Source: an uncultured delta proteobacterium
Lineage (GTDB): Bacteria > Myxococcota_A > Polyangia > Haliangiales > Haliangiaceae
DNA length: 64,000 nucleotides
Direction of reading: 5' to 3'
Assembly: GCA_963848295.1 (NCBI GenBank)
Contig: CAWKDB010000011.1
Location: 160,001 to 224,000 of the forward strand
The translations under genes and the position numbers were made by a program. The notes beneath the pieces are model-generated. The model was given only the letters and a program-made list of their open reading frames with translations. It ran no database searches and had not been told where the DNA came from. The first letter of the stretch is position 1. The number at the start of each line of letters is the position of its first letter. Of this stretch, positions 33,075 through 43,079 are shown piece after piece.

Positions 33075-35075
33075 TCACCGGACGAGGACCGGGTTACTGG
33101 TGCCCGAGAAGTAGACCGTGCGCTCGGTCGCGAGGACGTGGGGGTTCGCCGCGCCGACGACATTGAGCCGCGACCACGCCGTGCCGTCCCAGTGGACCAC
33201 ACCCGCCGGCCCGCCCGCCGCCCACACGTCGGACGCGCTCGTCGCGGAGATCGACCGTCCTCGAGAATCGGGATCCGCGGTCCACACGCCGCCGATCGAA
33301 CGCGCCCCGGCTTGCAGGCCGGCCGCAAAGATATCGCCCGCCGGATCCATCGCGACCGCGTCGAGCGCCGAGGCCGTCGTGCGATAGATCTCGTTCCACT
33401 GCGTGCCGTCGAGTTGCCACACGACGCCCGCAGTTCCGCACTTGCCGCTCGCGAGCACGGTCATCCCGTCGCCGGTGACATGGGCGAGGTCGCAGCCGAC
33501 GTCGCCGACCGGCGGCTCGAGCGCCGTCGCCGTTCCGGTCGCCGACACCGCGAGTGATAGTCCACCGGTGCCGACGACGTAGACCGCGACCGACGCCGTG
33601 ATGTGCGGTGCCCACAGCGATTCGATCGTGCTCGTGCCGATCTGGATCGGGATGGTCGTCACCGTGGCATCGTTGACCACGTGATAGAGCTGCGTGCTGT
33701 CCGACGTGTAGAAGTCGTCGACCGATATGCCGCTGATCGCGGTGAGCTCGACCGCGATCGACACCTGGTCCCACAGGTAGTAGTTCCCGGGCTGCTCCCA
33801 GAACGCCTCATCGGCGCCGCACATCGCGACCGTGCCATCGCCGAGCATCGTGACATCGCGGACGTCGCTGCTCTGCACGCCGCGGGCGGCGTACTCGATG
33901 CCCGTGTACTCGTAGATGCCGTCGCCGACCTCGTACATGTGCGTGCCGTCGGAGATCAACAGTCCGCCGATCGGCGTATCGATGGCCTCGGGCTCGGCGC
34001 CGAGGAAGCGATACGCGATGAGGCCGAGGCCGCCGAACACGCCTTGGTCGAGCCCGACCGCTTGGGTCACCGAATTCGGATAGGTCGTCTGCGTACCGCC
34101 GTCGAACGTCTCGACCGCGGCGAGCGTCGCGGCGATCGCGACGCCGGCATGGAGGTCGAGCTGATAGATCGTCGACCCGGTCGAGAACAACGGCGACCAC
34201 GTCGCGCCCGTGAAGTGCAACACGGCGCCGCCGAGCACCGACGCGTTGTGCGTCGCGAGCAACGTCGTGCCGTCGCGCGACACCATCGCATCGCAGTGAT
34301 CGACGGTCTGCAGCGTCATCTGCCAGCCGCTGCTCGGTGGCTTGCTGTAGACCTCGCAACCAGTCCCGGAGTCGAGCCCGACGTGTAGCGTGCCGTCGGC
34401 GGCGAGCGCCGCGGCTTGGATCGCGTTGCCGCCGCCGGTGGGTGACAGGTTCAACGCCGTGGTATCGAGTGCGGTGAACGTCGAGCCGTCGAGCGCCGCG
34501 AGATCATACGGTCCCCACGCGATGATCGACTGCGCGTTGCCGACCAAGTGATAGAAGGTCGGCATCGGTGTATCGAGCGACGCGATCAGCGCGCCATTGC
34601 TCGTGACGTCGATGCCGCTCATATCGCCGCGCACGATCGCGAGGTGCGCACCGTCGGTCCACGCGTCGGCTGCGACCTCGGGGGACACCAACCGCCAACC
34701 GAACCTCGTGCAAGTCCCGACCAGATCGAGCACGCAGCTCACGCATGTCGGGATCCCGAGGTCGAACCCGAACGCGACGCAATCGGTACCGGTCACCGGA
34801 CCATCACATTGCTCCGAGCCTTCGATCACCCCGTCGCCGCATACCGGCGCGAAGCACGCCCCGCCGAGACACGTGCCGGTAAACTGCGCGGTCATGCACG
34901 CGGCGCCTTCGTCGAGCCCGGCACACGCCGCGGCTTGATCGCCGGGCACGCACGTGTCGTCGGCGAGGCACACCGAATCGCTCGGGCACACGAGCGCACC
35001 GCACGCGATCTCGGGCGCCGGCTTGATGCACGCCGCGACCGCCACAACGAGCGCGACGAGGCTCAGCCTCCCCAC
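33075..35075 (-). CDS. Cys-rich lipoprotein with myxobacterial cysteine-rich repeat and beta-propeller-like region
   Basis: Lipobox [18 protein letters not shown] repeat; SASDVWAAG / HWDGTAWS blades. Confidence 0.75.
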   Translation of the reverse strand: MGRLSLVALVVAVAACIKPAPEIACGALVCPSDSVCLADDTCVPGDQAAACAGLDEGAACMTAQFTGTCLGGACFAPVCGDGVIEGSEQCDGPVTGTDCVAFGFDLGIPTCVSCVLDLVGTCTRFGWRLVSPEVAADAWTDGAHLAIVRGDMSGIDVTSNGALIASLDTPMPTFYHLVGNAQSIIAWGPYDLAALDGSTFTALDTTALNLSPTGGGNAIQAAALAADGTLHVGLDSGTGCEVYSKPPSSGWQMTLQTVDHCDAMVSRDGTTLLATHNASVLGGAVLHFTGATWSPLFSTGSTIYQLDLHAGVAIAATLAAVETFDGGTQTTYPNSVTQAVGLDQGVFGGLGLIAYRFLGAEPEAIDTPIGGLLISDGTHMYEVGDGIYEYTGIEYAARGVQSSDVRDVTMLGDGTVAMCGADEAFWEQPGNYYLWDQVSIAVELTAISGISVDDFYTSDSTQLYHVVNDATVTTIPIQIGTSTIESLWAPHITASVAVYVVGTGGLSLAVSATGTATALEPPVGDVGCDLAHVTGDGMTVLASGKCGTAGVVWQLDGTQWNEIYRTTASALDAVAMDPAGDIFAAGLQAGARSIGGVWTADPDSRGRSISATSASDVWAAGGPAGVVHWDGTAWSRLNVVGAANPHVLATERTVYFSGTSNPVLVR

Positions 35076-35092
35076 GATGTGATCGTCGCCCG

Positions 35093-36241
35093 CTACTGCG
35101 CTGCGCGCAACAGGTTCCGGGCGATCACTATGCGCTGGATCTCACTGGTACCTTCGTAGATCCTCGTAACCCGCACGTCCCGGAGCGCACGTTCGACGGG
35201 GAAATCGCGGACGTAGCCGTAGCCGCCGTGGACCTGCAGCGCGATGTCGCAGATCTTCCACGCGTGCTCGCTCGCGAACAGCTTCGCCATCGCGGCTTGC
35301 TGCGAGAACTGACCGCCCGCTTCCTTGAGCGCGGCGGCGCGCAGGGTCATCAGCGTCGCCGCATCGAGCCACGTCGCGGCGTCGGCGAGCATCCCCGCGA
35401 TCGCCTGGTGCTTGATGATCGCCTGGCCGAACGTGTGGCGCTCGCCGGCGTAGCGAATCGCCGCCTCGAGCGCCCCGCGCGCGATGCCGATCGCCTGCGA
35501 CGCGATCCCGATCCGGCCGCCGTCGAGCGCCATCATCGCGAGCGCGAAGCCCCGACCGGGGGCGGCGAGCACGGCCTCGTCACCGATCTCGACGTCGTCG
35601 AGCACGAGCTGCGCGGTCGACGAGCCGCGCAACCCGAGCTTGTCCTCGAGCCGCGCGGTCGTCAGGCCCTTCGCGTTGCCCGGGACGACGAACGCGGTGA
35701 TGCCTTTGTGGCCCGCCGGTGCGTCGGTGACCGCCCACACGACCAGCACGCCGGCGCGATCGCCCGTCGTGATCCATTGCTTCGCACCGGACAGGCGCCA
35801 GCCGCGCTCGGTCTTCGTCGCGGTCGTGCGCATCGCGGCCGGATCGCTGCCGGCGTCCGCTTCCGACAGCGCGAACGCGCCCGAGAGCAGCTCGCCCGAG
35901 GCCAGGCGCGGACACCACGCGCGCTGCAGCGCGGGCGTGCCGTTCTTCCAGATCAGCTCGCCGACCATGTTCGTCACCGACACCGCGACCGCGACCGAGG
36001 CATCGCCGCGCGCGAGCTCTTGCATCGCGAGCGAGTACGCGACCGGGCCGGCACCCGCGCCCCCGAGCTCGTCCGGGATGTTGATCGCGAGCAGCCCGAG
36101 CTTGCCGAGCTGACGCAGCTCCGCCTCGGGAAACTCGCAGGACTCGTCGCGCGCCGCCGCTTTCGGCATGAGCGTGCGCTCGGCAAAGTCGCGCGCGGTG
36201 CGCTGGATCAGCAACTGCTCTTCGGTCGGAGCCAAATCCAT
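35093..36241 (-). CDS. Acyl-CoA dehydrogenase
   Basis: FALSEADAGSD, GAKQWITTG, KLGLRGS, LDGGRIGIASQA, QVHGGYGY, IYEGTSEIQR. Confidence 0.95.
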   Translation of the reverse strand: MDLAPTEEQLLIQRTARDFAERTLMPKAAARDESCEFPEAELRQLGKLGLLAINIPDELGGAGAGPVAYSLAMQELARGDASVAVAVSVTNMVGELIWKNGTPALQRAWCPRLASGELLSGAFALSEADAGSDPAAMRTTATKTERGWRLSGAKQWITTGDRAGVLVVWAVTDAPAGHKGITAFVVPGNAKGLTTARLEDKLGLRGSSTAQLVLDDVEIGDEAVLAAPGRGFALAMMALDGGRIGIASQAIGIARGALEAAIRYAGERHTFGQAIIKHQAIAGMLADAATWLDAATLMTLRAAALKEAGGQFSQQAAMAKLFASEHAWKICDIALQVHGGYGYVRDFPVERALRDVRVTRIYEGTSEIQRIVIARNLLRAAQ

Positions 36242-36248
36242 GAGTCGC

Positions 36249-36974
36249 TCAGTTCGAAGCCCGATAGTGGACCGCGAGCTTCGCGATCGGGCCTCTCGGA
36301 TCGGGGAGCCGCCAGGCGAGCGCTGCCTTCTCGGCGCAGTCCGCCCACTTATCGGCGATCTCGGTCTTCGCCGACGCGAAGCCGACCGACTGCGCCTTGC
36401 CGCGCGGCCCGACGTACACCGTGATCGTGACGTCGTTCGGCGCCGCCGATCTCTTGGCGCACGCGTCGAGCTTCGCGAGCTGACCGCCGACGGCCTTGAG
36501 CGCCTTGTCCTCGTCCCACGGCAGCGTTTCGCCCTTCGCCGAGAAATCGAGCGGGATCGTGACCTCGGCATCGCCACCGATCGGCTTACCGAGATCGATG
36601 GCGCGCGCGACCTCGACCAGGCACTTCTCGATCGCATGTGCGCCGAGGTCGCTCTCCGCGAGCTTGACCGAGCTCACCGTGCCTTCCTTCGTGACGTCCC
36701 AGTGGACGACGACGTGGCCGCCGAGCCAACGCCGACGGCCGACCCGCGACATGTAGCAATCCGACAGCGCCTCGTTGTGCGGCGCGAGCGCGGCCTCGAC
36801 GGTCGCCTGGTCCAGGTGCCCATGACCGTTGACCATGGTGACGCCGTCCTCGGGCTCGGAGTCGTCGACCGGCACGCGCTTCGCGACCGGCGGCGGCGCC
36901 GGCGGTGGTGCCGGCGGTGGCGCCTTGCCACCACACGCGGCAATGGCGACGGCGAACGCGACGAACGACCGCAC
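36249..36974 (-). CDS. Lipoprotein with tandem AgmX/PglI (TonB-C-like) domains
   Basis: Lipobox IAAC, Pro linker, LSDCY...GHVVVHWDV...IEKCL and a second Cys-pair domain. GTG start is tentative. Confidence 0.7.
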   Translation of the reverse strand: MRSFVAFAVAIAACGGKAPPPAPPPAPPPVAKRVPVDDSEPEDGVTMVNGHGHLDQATVEAALAPHNEALSDCYMSRVGRRRWLGGHVVVHWDVTKEGTVSSVKLAESDLGAHAIEKCLVEVARAIDLGKPIGGDAEVTIPLDFSAKGETLPWDEDKALKAVGGQLAKLDACAKRSAAPNDVTITVYVGPRGKAQSVGFASAKTEIADKWADCAEKAALAWRLPDPRGPIAKLAVHYRASN

Positions 36975-36979
36975 GCGAG

Positions 36980-37396
36980 TCAGTTCGCTTCCATCGCGTA
37001 CTCGTACGACGTCTCGTAGCGCCGCGGGATGTGCGGGAACTCGATCTCTTGCACGTGCTTGGTCGCGCAATCGATCACCGACTTCGCCGTGAGGTTGGTC
37101 TTGATCACCTTGACGCTCGTGGCGCTGCCGTTCGTGCCGACCACGACCTCGAACGAGACCTCGCCGTGAGTGCCGCGCTTGACCTCTTGGGCGTCCATCG
37201 CCATCGCGAGGCAGTTCGAGATGATCTCGTTCTTGCGCTCGAAGTCATGCTGGATCTCGTCGATCTGCTCGGGCGCGACCATCGTGCCGCCATTGTCCGG
37301 CGGTGGGGGCGGCGGAGGCGTCGTCGTCGTCGAGGCTTGCTTGTGGCCGCCGCAGGCGGTGATAGCGATCGCGATCGATAGTGTCGTGAATTTCAT
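36980..37396 (-). CDS. Lipoprotein with AgmX/PglI (TonB-C-like) domain
   Basis: Lipobox ITAC, poly-Thr/Pro linker, ISNCL...GEVSFEVVVGTNG...VIDCA...IEFP. Confidence 0.7.
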   Translation of the reverse strand: MKFTTLSIAIAITACGGHKQASTTTTPPPPPPPDNGGTMVAPEQIDEIQHDFERKNEIISNCLAMAMDAQEVKRGTHGEVSFEVVVGTNGSATSVKVIKTNLTAKSVIDCATKHVQEIEFPHIPRRYETSYEYAMEAN

Positions 37397-37397
37397 G

Positions 37398-38540
<1,143 letters not shown>

Positions 38541-38544
<4 letters not shown>

Positions 38545-39338
38545 TGGCCCTTGAACTGCGCGGCGCGCCGCGGCTTGGCGAGGAACGCCGACATGCCCTC
38601 GCGCTGATCCGCGGTGGCGAACAGCAGGCCGAAGCTGCGCTGCTCGAGCGCGAGCGCGTGATCGAGCGTGGTCGACTGGCCGATCTGGATCAGCCGCTTG
38701 CACTCCGCGACCGCGAGCGGACCGTTCGCCGCGATCTTGCGCGGCGAGCTCTTTGACCTTCGCGTACAGCTCGCGCGTGCGGCACGACCGCGTTCGCGAG
38801 GCCGATGCGCAGCGCCTCCGCCGCGTCGATCGGATCGCCGATCAGGCACAGCTCCTTCGCCTTCGCGACGCCGACTCGGCGGGCCAGGCGCTGGGTGCCG
38901 CCGAAGCCCGGGATGACGCCGAGCTTGACCTCGGGCTGACCGAACTTCGCGCGATCCGAGGCGTAGATGAAGTCGCACGCGAGCGCGAGCTCGCAGCCAC
39001 CGCCGAGCGCGAAGCCGTTGACCGCCGCGATCCACGGCTTGTCCGACGTCTCGATCGATTGGCCGAGCGCGCCGCCCATCTCGGCGAACGCGTGCGCCTG
39101 GGTCGGCGACAGCTCCTGCATCTCGGCGATGTCGGCGCCCGCGACGAACGCCTTGTCGCCCGCGCCGGTCAGCATGACGACGCGCACGATCGGTCGACAC
39201 CTCGAGCTCCGCGGCCGCGTGGGTGAGCTCGGCGATCACGGTCGTCGACAGCGCGTTGAGCGCGGCCGCGCGATCGATCGTGATCGTGGCGAGAGGACCG
39301 TCGACGGCGATCCGGATCGTTTCGAATTGTTCGTTCAC
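38541..39338 (-). CDS. Enoyl-CoA hydratase (crotonase); three apparent +1 indels (about 38740, 38775, 39188)
   Basis: [61 protein letters not shown]. Confidence 0.92.
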
Positions 39339-40259
39339 GGCTTCCTTTGCCCTTGCGAGTCGTACTCGTAGAACCCGCGCCCGACCTTTCTGCCGAGCCA
39401 ACCCGCCGCGACGTACTGGCGCAGCAACGGGCACGGGCGGTACTTGTCGTCGCCGAGCTCGCGGTGCAGCACCTCGGCGATCGCGAGGCAGGTGTCGAGG
39501 CCGATCAGGTCGGCGAGCTCGAGCGGCCCCATCGGATGGTTGAGGCCGAGCCGCACGCCGGTGTCGATGTCGATCGCGGTGCCGAGGCCCTCGTACAGGC
39601 CGTAGCAGGCCTCGTTGAGCAGCGGGATGAGCATGCGGTTGACGATGAAGCCGGGGATGTCGCGCGCGCCGATCGTCGTCTTGCCGAACCGCTGCGCGAG
39701 CGCGGTGATCGTCTCGTTGGTCTGATCGCTCGTCGGCAAGCCGCGCACGATCTCGACCAGCTTCATCACCGGCACCGGATTCATGAAGTGCATGCCGATC
39801 ACGCGATCGGGCCGACCCGAGGCCGACGCCAGCTTCGTGATCGAGATCGACGACGTGTTCGACGCGAGGATCGCGTCGTCGCGCGTGACCTCGCCGAGGC
39901 TCTTGAAGATGGCGAGCTTGAGCTCTTCCTTCTCGGGCGCCGCTTCGACCACGACCTCGCAGTCGCGCAGATCGCGATGACCGCCGCCCGCTTTGAGGTG
40001 GCTCATCGTCCGATCGCGCGCTCGCCACGTCGAGCTTGCCCTTCTCGACGAGCCGATCGAGCTGCTTGCGGATCTTCGCGATCCCGGCGGTCGCGAAGTC
40101 GGGCGCCGCATCGACGATCAGGACGTCGACGCCGGCCTGTGCCGCGACCTGGGCGATGCCCTGCCCCATCTGGCCCGCGCCGACGACGCCGAGCGAGTCG
40201 ATCTGACCGCGCTGCCTGCCGCCGAGCGTCCGCGCGTCCTCGGGCGCGACTGCGGTCAC
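39335..40259 (-). CDS. hbd: 3-hydroxybutyryl-CoA dehydrogenase; one apparent indel near 40022
   Basis: GVVGAGQMGQGIAQV, ASNTSSISIT, GMHFMNPVPVMKLVE, PGFIVNR, HPMGPLELADLIGLD. Confidence 0.92.
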
Positions 40260-41476
40260 GCGCGCTCCACCAAGAGCGCGATGCCCTCGCCGCCGCCGAT
40301 GCACAGCGACGCGCCGCCGGTCTTCGCGCCGCGCGCCGCCATCGCGTGCAACAGCGTGACGAGGATGCGGCAGCCCGACGCGCCGATCGGGTGGCCGAGC
40401 GCGACCGCACCGCCCCACACGTTGACCTTCGCGGCGTCGAGCCCGAGTAGCTGGTTGTTCGCGAGCGAGACGACCGAGAACGCTTCGTTGATCTCCCACA
40501 GGTCGACCGACTTCGCGTCCCATCGGTCGCGCGAGCCAGACTCGCCCGACCGACCATTGGCCAGCAGTTGGGCGCGGCCGAGCGCGTTGTGGATCGCCGG
40601 CGCCGGCGCGGTGGTGAACCACTCCGGCGCTTGCGCGTGATAGCCCGACGCGACGAGCCGGGCGAGCGGCTTGCACCCGCGCTTCTTCGCTTCGTCGGCC
40701 GACATGAGCACGACCGCGGCGCCGCCGTCGTTGATCGAAGACGCGTTGCCCGCGGTGATCGTGCCGTCCTTCGCGAACGCGGGGCGCAGCGATGGCAACT
40801 TCTCGATGTTGCCACGACCGGGCTCCTCGTCGGTATCGACCGACACCTCGCCCTTCTTGTCCGCGATCTTCACCGCCGCGATCTCGTCCTTGAACGCGCC
40901 GCTCTTGATCGCGGCGAGCGCGCGCTTGTAGCTCTCGGCCGCGAACGCGTCCTGCTGCTCGCGCGTGAAGCCCATCTCCTTCGCACACAGCTCCCCGCAG
41001 TTGCCCATGTGCTGGTTCGAGTACGGATCCCACAAGCCGTCGACGACCATCGAATCGACGGTCTCGAGCGGGCCCATCTTCGTGCCGGTGCGCGAGTGGC
41101 GCAGCAAGTGCGGCGCGTTCGACATCGACTCCATGCCGCCCGCGACCGCGATGTCGAGCTCGCCGAGCTGGATCGAGCGCGCCGCGCCGATCACCGCTTC
41201 GAGGCCGGAGCCGCACACCTTGTTCACCGTCACGCACGGCACCTTGTCGGGCAGCCCGGCGCCGAGCGCCGCTTGCCGCGCGGGCGCCTGGCCAACCCCG
41301 GCGGGCAGCACCATGCCCATGTGCACCAGCTGGACATCACCCGGCGCGACCCCTGCGCGTTCGAGCGCCGCTTTGATCGCGGTCGAGCCGAGCTTGGGGC
41401 CCGACACCGATGCGAGCGAACCTAAGAAACTTCCAATGGCGGTGCGCGCAGCACCGACGATGACGACGTCGCGCAT
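40256..41476 (-). CDS. Acetyl-CoA acetyltransferase (thiolase) with an in-frame insertion of about 15 aa
   Basis: NKVCGSG, GGMESMS, TAGNASSINDGGAA, EINEAF, GHPIGASG, LCIGGGEG. Confidence 0.96.
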   Translation of the reverse strand: MRDVVIVGAARTAIGSFLGSLASVSGPKLGSTAIKAALERAGVAPGDVQLVHMGMVLPAGVGQAPARQAALGAGLPDKVPCVTVNKVCGSGLEAVIGAARSIQLGELDIAVAGGMESMSNAPHLLRHSRTGTKMGPLETVDSMVVDGLWDPYSNQHMGNCGELCAKEMGFTREQQDAFAAESYKRALAAIKSGAFKDEIAAVKIADKKGEVSVDTDEEPGRGNIEKLPSLRPAFAKDGTITAGNASSINDGGAAVVLMSADEAKKRGCKPLARLVASGYHAQAPEWFTTAPAPAIHNALGRAQLLANGRSGESGSRDRWDAKSVDLWEINEAFSVVSLANNQLLGLDAAKVNVWGGAVALGHPIGASGCRILVTLLHAMAARGAKTGGASLCIGGGEGIALLVERA

Positions 41477-41482
41477 GGGTGT

Positions 41483-41512
41483 GGCTTACCGCGCTGTTAC
41501 AAAGCGCGTCAA
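41483..41512 (-). promoter_or_regulatory. Sigma-70-like promoter of the thiolase operon (probably leaderless)
   Basis: Minus strand TTGACG-N18-TAAGCC, then 6 nt to the ATG. Confidence 0.5.
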
Positions 41513-41572
41513 CCTGCCGGCTCGAGCTGAATGAATCGTGACGAGCCAAAACGGTCGATGCTATAGTGCCAA

Positions 41573-41848
41573 ATGCGAAAAACCTTCCTCGCCGTGCTAC
41601 TCGCGGGGTGCTCCGCAACACTGATGGTCCCCACGGTCCAGACGCGCGCGGCCTTCGATTTGTCGTGTTCTAAAGACAACTTGAACATCATCAAGCTCGG
41701 TGGCGGTTCCTACGGAGTGCGAGGCTGCGGCAAGCAAGCCACGTACGTCGTCGATGGTCCGTGTGGCCTCGAAAACGACCAGCGCTGTACCGCGGAGCTC
41801 AACAGCGAGGTCCAGCCCGACACTGCCAATAGCGCCGTTCAGCGCTGA
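41573..41848 (+). CDS. Small Cys-rich lipoprotein
   Basis: Lipobox LLAGC; RAAFDLSC...YGVRGCGKQATY; visibly lower GC than neighbours; TGCTATAGT just upstream. Confidence 0.75.
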   Translation: MRKTFLAVLLAGCSATLMVPTVQTRAAFDLSCSKDNLNIIKLGGGSYGVRGCGKQATYVVDGPCGLENDQRCTAELNSEVQPDTANSAVQR

Positions 41849-42021
41849 GCGCGGGCCCTAGCCACGATCGCGGGCAACAGCTCGAGCACGCGATCGATCT
41901 CGCCCTCGGCACCTACCTGGGGACGGTGTTCACTTTGACAACCGCGGAGACGACCGGTCAGTGCTGAGCGCGGGCCCGAGCCACGATCGCAGGTAGCAGC
42001 TCCAGCACGCGATCGATCTCG
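41839..42021. repeat. Direct duplication (64 bp, 119 bp apart) of the cysteine desulfurase 3' end
   Basis: 41839-41902 vs 41958-42021: 58/64 identical; both encode EIDRVLELLPAIVARARAQ(R/H)*. Confidence 0.9.
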
Positions 42022-43061
42022 TCGCCGGTCGTGGCCACGCCGAGCGAGAACCGCACCGCCGCGAGCGCGCGCTCCGGCGCATAGCCGAGCCCGAGCAGCA
42101 CCGGCGACGGCTGGACGCTGCCGCTCGTGCACGCCGCGCCGGTCGACACCGCGACGCCCGCGAGGTCGAGCGCGATCGCGATGTCTTGGCCGCGCGCGCC
42201 AGCAAAGCCAGCGTTGATCGTGCCGCCGATGCGCGGATGATCGGCGCCGTGAATCCGCACGCCGGGCAGCGCGAGGAGGCCGGTTTCGAGCCGCTCACCG
42301 AGCTGTTCGACGGCGCGCCACGAATCGAGCCCGCGCGCCGCCGCTGCCGCGCCGAACCCGACGATGCCCAGCACGTTTTCGGTGCCGGGCCGCCGCCCGC
42401 GCTCCTGGTGTCCAGCCTCGACGAGCGGCAAGCCATCGTCGAGCGCGATCGCGAGCGCCCCGACGCCCTGTGGCCCGCCGAGCTTGTGTGCCGAGATCGC
42501 GAGCGCATCGGGCGAGATCCGGTCGAGCCCGGACTTGCCGGCGGCCTGAACCGCGTCGAGGTGAACCAGTGCGCCGATCGCCTGCGCGCTCGCGAGCAGG
42601 GCCGGCACTAGCAGCGTTCCGACCTCGTGGTTGACCAGCGACGTCGCGAGCAGGCCGATCGGCTCGCCGACCTCGGTCGCGAACGCCGGCAGCGTGACCA
42701 CGCGCCAGCCGCGGCGGTCGAGCGCAGCGACGGCACCGAGTAGCGACGGGTGCTCGATCGCGGTCGTCGCGGCGACTTTCGTGAGGCCGCGGCGTTCTGC
42801 GGTCACGGCGAGCGCGGCGACGCCGAGCTGGTTGGCCTCGGTGCCGCCGCTGGTGAACACGATCTGCTCGGGCGGCCGCCCGAGGAGCCTGGCGACCTGC
42901 GCCCTGGCCCGCTCGACCCGATCGCGCGCGCGGCGACCCTCCGCGTGGATCGACGACGGGTTCCCGGCCTCGGCCATAGCCTCCGCCATGGCCGCGCGCG
43001 CCGGCTCTACGAGCGGCGCGGTCGCGTTGAAGTCCAGGTAGATCCGTCGTTGCGTTGACAT
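41958..43061 (-). CDS. iscS: Cysteine desulfurase (IscS/NifS family)
   Basis: IYLDFNATAP, GNPSSIH, FTSGGTEAN, HLDAVQA, SAHKLGGPQG (PLP Lys), STGAACTSG, VRFSLG. Confidence 0.92.
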   Translation of the reverse strand: MSTQRRIYLDFNATAPLVEPARAAMAEAMAEAGNPSSIHAEGRRARDRVERARAQVARLLGRPPEQIVFTSGGTEANQLGVAALAVTAERRGLTKVAATTAIEHPSLLGAVAALDRRGWRVVTLPAFATEVGEPIGLLATSLVNHEVGTLLVPALLASAQAIGALVHLDAVQAAGKSGLDRISPDALAISAHKLGGPQGVGALAIALDDGLPLVEAGHQERGRRPGTENVLGIVGFGAAAAARGLDSWRAVEQLGERLETGLLALPGVRIHGADHPRIGGTINAGFAGARGQDIAIALDLAGVAVSTGAACTSGSVQPSPVLLGLGYAPERALAAVRFSLGVATTGDEIDRVLELLPAIVARARAQH

Positions 43062-43079
43062 AGGCGGCTCGCTGTCGAC

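Noticed and set aside
41839..42021. Possible DGR template/variable repeat pair
   Set aside because: Mismatches are not adenine-specific and are mostly synonymous; no reverse transcriptase is nearby.
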